A stretch of 58,304 bases of DNA, filler included, from Sphacelaria rigidula (lineage: Eukaryota), in the NCBI GenBank assembly GCA_964200075.2. It is 6 parts of 6 records of this genome, joined end to end, with 100 filler letters (N's around TTAATTAATTAA, not from the genome) between each part and the next. Parts side by side here need not be neighbours in the genome. Positions count along the whole stretch, not along the records: positions 48,672 to 58,304 come from CAXNAA020008068.1; 5 more parts are not named here. One strand, written 5' to 3'. Within the stretch, counting starts at the first letter, position 1. Each line of letters opens with the position of its first letter. The position numbers and the translations under genes were made by a program. Below the pieces are notes generated by a model. The model did no database searches. It was not told the DNA's origin and was given only the letters and a program-made list of their open reading frames with translations. Shown here one piece after another: positions 51,801-58,304 of the stretch.

Positions 51801-54800
51801 CGTATGTCGATTGGCCTGGGTCGCCGCGTCGTCACGTGTTCTCCAACTCCTCCGCACTCTTTCTCGACTTCCAGATGCCATTTACCCATTTTCTTCGCGG
51901 CCGTGATCTACTCTTGCGAATATCATGGGGGTTCTGACCTTCATACCGTAGATGGATAATTTCCTGCGTTCTCCCTTGTGTGGTGGGATAGCCGCTAGGG
52001 CATTTAGGCTGTCCTGGAGGCGATCCTCCCTGTGTTTGCGGGGCCGACCAGCCAGCCTCCTTGGGCCCTTATGCGGCCAGCCGCTCAAACATGATGCGCG
52101 TCGGGAGACGCGTTTCGCCCTGTCGAATAAGGGCCCCCACGAAGTAAGGTTGTCTCGATAGGGTGACATTGAGTCATATCGAGCACCGTCCTGTAGGAAA
52201 GAGTCTTGTGTGCCCCTACGATGCTCCCTGCGGAAGCCAACTCCTTCCCGTAAAATGCGGCGCTGGGCACTGCGTAGCCATTCGAAGTCCTCCTGGAGTA
52301 GCGTCCATGTCGCACATGTGGCGCGTGGCTTCAACATGATGTTCTGCTATCACCGCATCAGTTCGGTCCTTCTGACTCGCGGTCAACTCATTCATTATCA
52401 TGACAAAAATGTATATTCTGCTCCGAGTCCATTAACTTGACTTCCAATAGGTAATCAAACTTCACTTTCTGAGGTCTAGCTACGTATGGCAACCCAATTA
52501 GGATTTGAGGTACCTTTCTCCCTCCAAAAAAGCAATAGAAAACAGAAGTCATATAGTTGCAGAATGTGAACTATACAAGGAGGAACGGGACGTGCTAGAG
52601 GGGGAAATGCGGGACGTGGACGGAGGTGGCATGAAATCGTTTGATACATTAGACAGTAGCGAGAAAACGATGGCTATACTAGGAGATAGGCGGTGGCCAC
52701 CGACGGCGAACCAGAACGGGGATAAGATATGTAAAAGGTTCTTGTGTAGTGTATGAAAGAAACGTAATGAACACCAGAATGTTGGACGTGTCTCTATTAC
52801 GAGGAGTAGGAACGGTGCTCCGTCTCGAGAGGGATGCGTGGTCAATGGTCAAACGACTAGGGCAAGCAACGAATGAGTACGCCCGCTTTCCCCCGCCATT
52901 TTTGCTTATTCATAGGGTAGAATGGAGAAACTCACGTATGTTATTCCTTGATGTAGGCACGTAACCAGAGTTAATTTTTTTATGTTGGTGCACATCAGCC
53001 TGGTTTTATATCATCCCGTTCCCATTTTTTATGGCACACTCGTTTGGTTTTCAGGTACATTTGGCGTCGGGGAATGGGATAGCGAGAATGCCCGAGGGCG
53101 GGGTGACGGTGACCGCTCCTGAATTGGAAAGCGTTTCTATTGCGACAGGGGATAAATCTGGCCCACCCTTGGGTTCCGTGCATCGCAATGTACCCGTCAT
53201 CGGGGCATTGGACACCAACAGGTATCACACGAACGTTTTCACTACGTCTTGTTCATCTCATGCAAGAGCAATCATTCTTGAAGGGAACTCAGCTTCCTTT
53301 TGCAATATAGCAATATCTCTTTTGTTGCGAAGACATTGTTTTTTGTTTATCTTGGCTTCTAAGCACGCGCTGAAGACAGCCGCACGTGATTTGCGGTGAC
53401 AAAGAAAAGGTGCCCTTAATCACATGTCAGGTTTACCCTTCCAAAACTCTCAGATTTACCCTCGCAAGAAAAAACAAACATATCCTTAGCTTTGACAAAC
53501 CGTCCGCAGATTCCTGTATCTGGCATGCAGTTGCGGCCCGCCTGTAAGAAACGAGGTTATGATACATTTAGGCTGAGATTTTCACAAAAATCAATAAAGC
53601 GTTTAGCCTTATCGACGACCGCTACACTATGTTCAATGCAGTAGGCCATGATCAACCCTTGCATCACATACTAAAGTCAGGCTTAGTTCGGTTTTCAGTT
53701 ACATATGAGCGGGCCGCTGCTGTAGCCTTACATGCTTGGATACAGTTGGCGAGCAGTGTTTATATTTGAAAAAGGATGAGTCTGGTTCATCGCAGGGCTC
53801 GAGGAGTTGGAATACGTGCGGTAACTGCCTGGCATGGATGCATCCCTGCACGCTACACACACCCGCCAGTAACACGATAGTACAGAAGCTCAACAAATAC
53901 TTCACACGAGAGTATCGTGAAGCAGGAGATTTCACCTACTTTATCTCCTCTCTTCATCTCAGCTTCGGCGGTGCTGATCGCGCTGATCGCGGCGCAAATG
54001 GCGGTGCTAAAAATGCCGAAGGAGGAAGAATATTCCTGTTCGGCGACTCGAGCTGTGCCGATGATGCTTCTCTCCAGGTCCTGCGCGGCGAAAGTTCAGA
54101 TTGTTTGTGGATGTTTGTTTCTGCTGTCCGCTATGCCTGCGAGGTGAGGATAAAAATATTGGCGTTTTGGCTTTTGACGGAGATCTGGATTTGGGGGGGG
54201 GGGTTGGAGATATTTGCGTCAAGTTTGGGACTTGACGTGCGTGAGAGGTAAGAATATAGCTAGCTAAGCGTGCGTCCCTGGACTACGCTGAAGCTCTGCT
54301 GCAGATATTAGAACACATCGGGCTAACCGTGAGCACAATATCCCACCGCATATGGATGTTAGTGATTCCGTACGAGTATGGGCAGAAAGCTGTTCTGTTC
54401 GGGCGTCTGTCAAGCGTTAGTCGTACTGTTTGTGCGAATGCATGCGAGTTGAAAATTTCACGCGATATCGTCAGTCTGCTCTCTCTCGCTAGAGCTTCGG
54501 GGAGTGATTATCAACGAACAGCTCTGGTCATGAGGCGCTCTGCCGCCTTGAAACAAGCTCCCGTATCGTAGGTGACGAGGCCGGTTGAGAGTAGAATCGA
54601 ATCTCGTTTTGTTCCAAAATCTTCCCGTCACTCGTGCGCGCTTGTACCACTTGAATTGGTTTCCTCGGGTATGGCACCATGAAAATGTTGTACGCGTGCC
54701 CACGTTGCTAGATATGACGCAGGAATGAGCATGCTTGGCAGTGGCACGAGGAATACGTGGAGAACTGGCCGTATCGCTTTTCTTGCTAATTCAAGCTATT

Positions 54801-55535
54801 TTTCCCACCCGCTTCACGTATATCGTGTTGAATTTGGAGACGAAGCAATACTGAAGGGGCCAGCCACCTTGAAATGGCGTGAATATCTTCGACGTTCATC
54901 TACACTGTCCCGCCGAATGAATGTGTTCTGGATTGTAAGGCCGCTGGAAACATGGGCGAGGACGACATGCGTATTGTGTGTGTGTGTTGTCATTCCATCT
55001 ATTCTGGACGCCAGCCTGCACCTTTCGGTATTTGCGTACGTATCAGCTGGGGTCACACAGGAGGAAGGTCTACTCATGATTTTTTTTTTTTTCTGTTCTA
55101 GCACTCCACGTTTCCCTCCGCGGTGCTCGCCTTATGACTTCATCGCGAGGAGAGTTCAGCGGTCTCTTTCCCTCGTCAATCGAGAAATCAAACTTCGTGT
55201 ATCAACGTCAAAGCTCTCCACTGTTGAGCATGCATGATGTGAGGAAAGAGCCGAAATTGTGTGACTTCACAGATATTCGAACCCACGTCCCAACCGTCAG
55301 AAGCTTTGGAGGATACCAACTGAGCCGCCGGGTTGACCGGCCTGTGGTCCATGAAAATAGTAGTACGATCGTACATATTTCTTCATCAAGACCGCGTTGT
55401 CATGTCTTACTATTGTTATTCGCTGACCTCTTGGCAGGGGCTGGAAGAGCCATCGCTGTTCGCTAGCGCCACGAGGCGTCACGGTGGAGCCTACACGGAC
55501 GGCCTCCCTCTACCATCCCGGGTTCAATCAAATGA
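48872..55535 (+). CDS. MBTPS1: Site-1 protease / membrane-bound transcription factor peptidase 1 (subtilisin SKI-1/SBT6.1-like), C-terminal region, partial multi-exon gene
   Basis: In-phase GT-AG exons 48872-49024 ([28 protein letters not shown]), 53055-53221 (HLASGNGIARMPEGG...NVPVIG), 53963-54143 (GGRIFLFGDSSCADD...DCLW) and 55438-55535. These are colinear with S1P motifs KFYDENTRQWW..TGGANIPALN, YASG.SIA.FP, GGRIVLYGDSNCLDD and DCFW. Confidence 0.9.
50048..50293. repeat. (TTCATCTA)n-like low-complexity satellite
   Basis: Directly visible. Continues at 50910-51040 on the other side of the MITE. Confidence 0.85.
50295..50909. mobile_element. Tc1/mariner (Stowaway-like) MITE in an S1P intron
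   Basis: Perfect 31-bp TIR CTTCCTCTGTCCCATAAGTAAAGGTACCTAA / TTAGGTACCTTTACTTATGGGACAGAGGAAG. TA on the left flank. Confidence 0.85.
51900..52385 (-). mobile_element. 3' fragment of an RTE-type LINE
   Basis: CATWTLLQEDFEWLRSAQRRILREGVGF...HKTLSYRTVL...AGRPRKHRED parallels the C-terminus of the LINE at 10380-10800. Confidence 0.7.
52500..52885 (+). mobile_element. 3' end of a different LINE (C-terminal zinc-knuckle remnant plus 3' UTR)
   Basis: ENRSHIVAECELYKEERDVL...ILGDRRW resembles the E...H....C..Y...R LINE ORF2 terminus, followed by the tail repeat also seen at 7928 and 48504. Confidence 0.7.
54970..55345 (-). mobile_element. tRNA-derived SINE in an S1P intron
   Basis: Minus strand: A box CGGCTCAGTTGG and B box GGTTCGAAT about 35 nt apart; body ends in a (CA)n tail at ~54975. 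Confidence 0.7.
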
Positions 55536-56963
55536 GTGAGCTTTTTGTGTAATTTTTTGCTAGATTATTTCCGTGAGATGAGGGACCCCCAGCGAAGAAG
55601 ACTGAATTCGCGACAAGGGTCTCTCTGCAGAGTACAAAAATACCCTATAGCCGTCCTAGATTCATCATTGACTGTCTCGTGCAAGGCATAGCACCGCGTG
55701 GTATAGCATGCATTCGCCATAGGAGAATCAAGATACAAGTAACAAACACCACAAGCGAGGTTTGCCAAAGGTTTCGGTGACAACACTGCTCTGTACACCA
55801 CCACATTAGAGAGGGGATACATTCCCACATTGGCGGCACCATGGGATGACTCTACATGCGCCCTCAGCAGAACGTACCGGATTCGAATTCCGTTTCCCAC
55901 CAAAGCGATAAAAAAACATAGCGACGGGAGATCAGTGGGGAGCAAAAAGCCATGGAATTGATCAGAGACCAGAAAAATTGGTGGATGGCTACCAAGAAGA
56001 GTCCACAGACTCACAACGAATCTTTTGCGGAGATTGTGGGCCTGGCGACGCAGCGTACGCAAAAGGCAGCATGCGTGATATCTTGTCTCAGTCCCGGAGT
56101 GTTTTATCCGAGGGTAAACGGGTTCACTTTCGGCACTGTCTCAACTGGCGGTCGATTTTTTGCTCCCACGACCGGCGTCATTTTCTCCACGCCGGTAAAC
56201 CAGGCTGTTCAAGTATTCGAGAGTTATTGGAGAAGATGGGATGGATCTTCGACCTCGAAATCTCCAATGCAATCGCAGGACGTGGAAGCCTGTTGGGAAC
56301 ACCGTTCAGGAACCGGCTTGGGAGCAAATTTGATCTCTGCTTGTGGGACAAGTTATCGAGTCAAATTGATAGTATTTTTTTGTGTCGTTTATCGATGTAT
56401 GCCGATGTATGGGACCGATATGATGTACATTTCGCGTTGTATCGGGGATTGGGACCGATATGTCGGCAGTTTGTCGTTAACGACCGTATAGGACGATGTG
56501 TAGGCCCGTTATCCATTGGTCAATGACGGGCGTAGCGATACAGTGTAAGTGGTGCGCACTGCAGTGAAGTATAGGACTGCAGATCGCCCTTTGATGTCGA
56601 GATACCGCACTCCACCATACGCATTTGACAGTTGGTGGCTTGCTGTGCTGTACTTGCTACCCGGTCTTGAGAGCAAGTTCACCTGAGATAGATTTTTGGG
56701 TGAACAACTGTTTAGACCCGCGTTAACAAGAGTTTAGCAAGTGCATGAGAACGGTCTTGATTTGTTTTTCGTAGTTTCGTTAGAATGTCTACTTGTATTT
56801 ATGGTCGTTTGATATGAGATTGGCGAATGACACTCCACCGGCGGAAGTGTCCCGAGGCACGTCCACGGTTAGACAGCCCACTTTCGTGTATTGTTTCGGG
56901 CTGTACATATCCTAAAACGCTCAGAGAGTCCGACATTTCATCTAGAGCGAACAAAAACGGAGA

Positions 56964-57396
56964 AAAACACGGGATTTCACAAACTGGGGATGGATCATTT
57001 ATTGGGGATGAAAACTCATAGAATAAAAATCTTCGTATCCGCACCAAATCTTCGAAGTATGCTTCTATTTCTTCATTTGCTGGTAGCAGTTGACAACTGG
57101 TACACGCCATACAACTTGGATTTCGATAGCCGAAGTGTCGGGGTCCTAGGTGAAAAACCAGTTTGTGCGGCCGATCGGACACTGAAAATCCCAAAAAATA
57201 ATTCTTCACCTAGGACCCCGACATTTCTGTTATCGAAATCCAATTTTTTTTGGCGTGTAGCAGTTGTCAACTACTACCAGCAAATGAAGAAATAGAAGCA
57301 TACTTCGAATATTCGGTGTGGATACGAAGATTTCAAATCTCCGGGTTTTCATCCCCAATAACAGATCCATGCCCAATTTGTGAAATCCCGAGTTTA
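56964..57396. mobile_element. Foldback MITE (~190-bp inverted arms)
   Basis: CGGGATTTCACAAA...TTCGAAGTATGCTTCTATTTCTTCATTTGCTGGTAG...GTCGGGGTCCTAGGTGAA mirrored at 57205-57390. Confidence 0.85.
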
Positions 57397-58235
57397 AAGC
57401 ACTGGCAGAGTTTTTTTGGAGTAGAGAGCGCACGGTGGGCCAGGGGGGAAGACATAACCGCCCCTGAGGGGTGGTTTCTTCCGCGAAGTTGGACCTGCTA
57501 CATACCCTCTTTGTCTAGAGCAAAAACTCGCGATTATCCCTCGTTATGAAGAGGGGTCATTCCGGATTATCAGAACTGTAAGCAGGGGGGTAAACGAACG
57601 TAGTGTACCACCCGGGAATAAAAATGATCCCCTCCCCGAGTACCCTCAAGAGGGCACTATCTGCCGTTCTTGCTCATCAAGACAAACGACGATGGCCTCG
57701 TACACGCCAATGGTATCACGGGACCGCACACGATGATAACTGGTCGCTTACCGTCTGAACTACAGTAAGGGTATTTTTGTCTGACCCACCGACTATTCAG
57801 AGGATTTTTGTTGCACCTGATGGTTCATCGGTGTACAGTGTCCGTGCCTTCTCTCGTAAATGGGGATGAATCGTTTCGTTTGTCACAACCTGTTTCTACT
57901 GTCTCTCGATTTTTACGTTGTTGTAGGGCCCCTTGCCCTTCCACCCGAAGCCAGGTGACAATAATCTACAGCGCTCTGTTGTTTTTTTTGCGGCTGGTAT
58001 TAGATCTTGGCCCGTCGATGTTGTTCCTCCCTTTCCCTTCCTCGCTCACTTTACGGTTAGCCATGTTCGGTGATCTTCGGTTCCTCAGTTTGGCTCCATT
58101 TATTTTTGGCTTCGCGTGTCAAGTGGGAACATCGAACTCTGCCAGCTTGTGTCCACGGAAGGCGTCCGCATTACATGCCCAGTACGGCAATTACTGCGCA
58201 GATATCGCGAAGGTTTTTAATGTGAACTCTACATA

Positions 58236-58304
58236 CATGCATATACATACATACATACATACATACATACATACATACATACATACATACATACATACAT
58301 ACAT
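58236..58304. repeat. (ACAT)n microsatellite
   Basis: Directly visible in the sequence. Confidence 0.95.

Noticed and set aside
55270..55345. tRNA gene
   Set aside because: A and B boxes are present, but acceptor-stem pairing is poor and it continues into a repeat body with a (CA)n tail, so it is a SINE.
55565..56526. Overlapping 165-182-aa ORFs as genes or further S1P exons
   Set aside because: No recognisable motifs and no phase-compatible splice sites that I could support.

Overview
Repeat-rich, intron-containing eukaryotic DNA, most likely from a brown alga or other stramenopile. That taxon call is an inference from about 50% GC, long GT-AG introns, and the repeat and gene families present. 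The window is not one contiguous locus: five identical 100-nt N/TTAATTAATTAA linkers fall exactly every 9734 nt, giving six ~9.63-kb pieces, so linkage across linkers cannot be assumed. Host genes: four in-phase exons of a site-1 protease (MBTPS1/SKI-1-like, + strand, 48872-55535); five in-phase exons of a DUF11/DUF7507-type Ig-like repeat surface protein (- strand, one GC-AG intron); a multi-exon, frameshifted ubiquitin-specific protease (C19) with N-terminal IQ-like repeats, part of which are inverted; and a decayed multi-pass membrane protein gene. The rest is mobile DNA: a non-autonomous LTR element with a GCCC target-site duplication (TSD), RTE-type LINEs, a tRNA-derived SINE, Helitron-like elements in (TA)n, nested foldback/MITE elements, a Stowaway-like MITE, a PIF/Harbinger relic and satellites. 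I found no convincing CRISPR, rRNA or intact tRNA, and no clearly new multi-gene system. The best leads are the IQ-USP, the intron-containing bacterial-type adhesin and a palindromic 42-43-bp repeat array.
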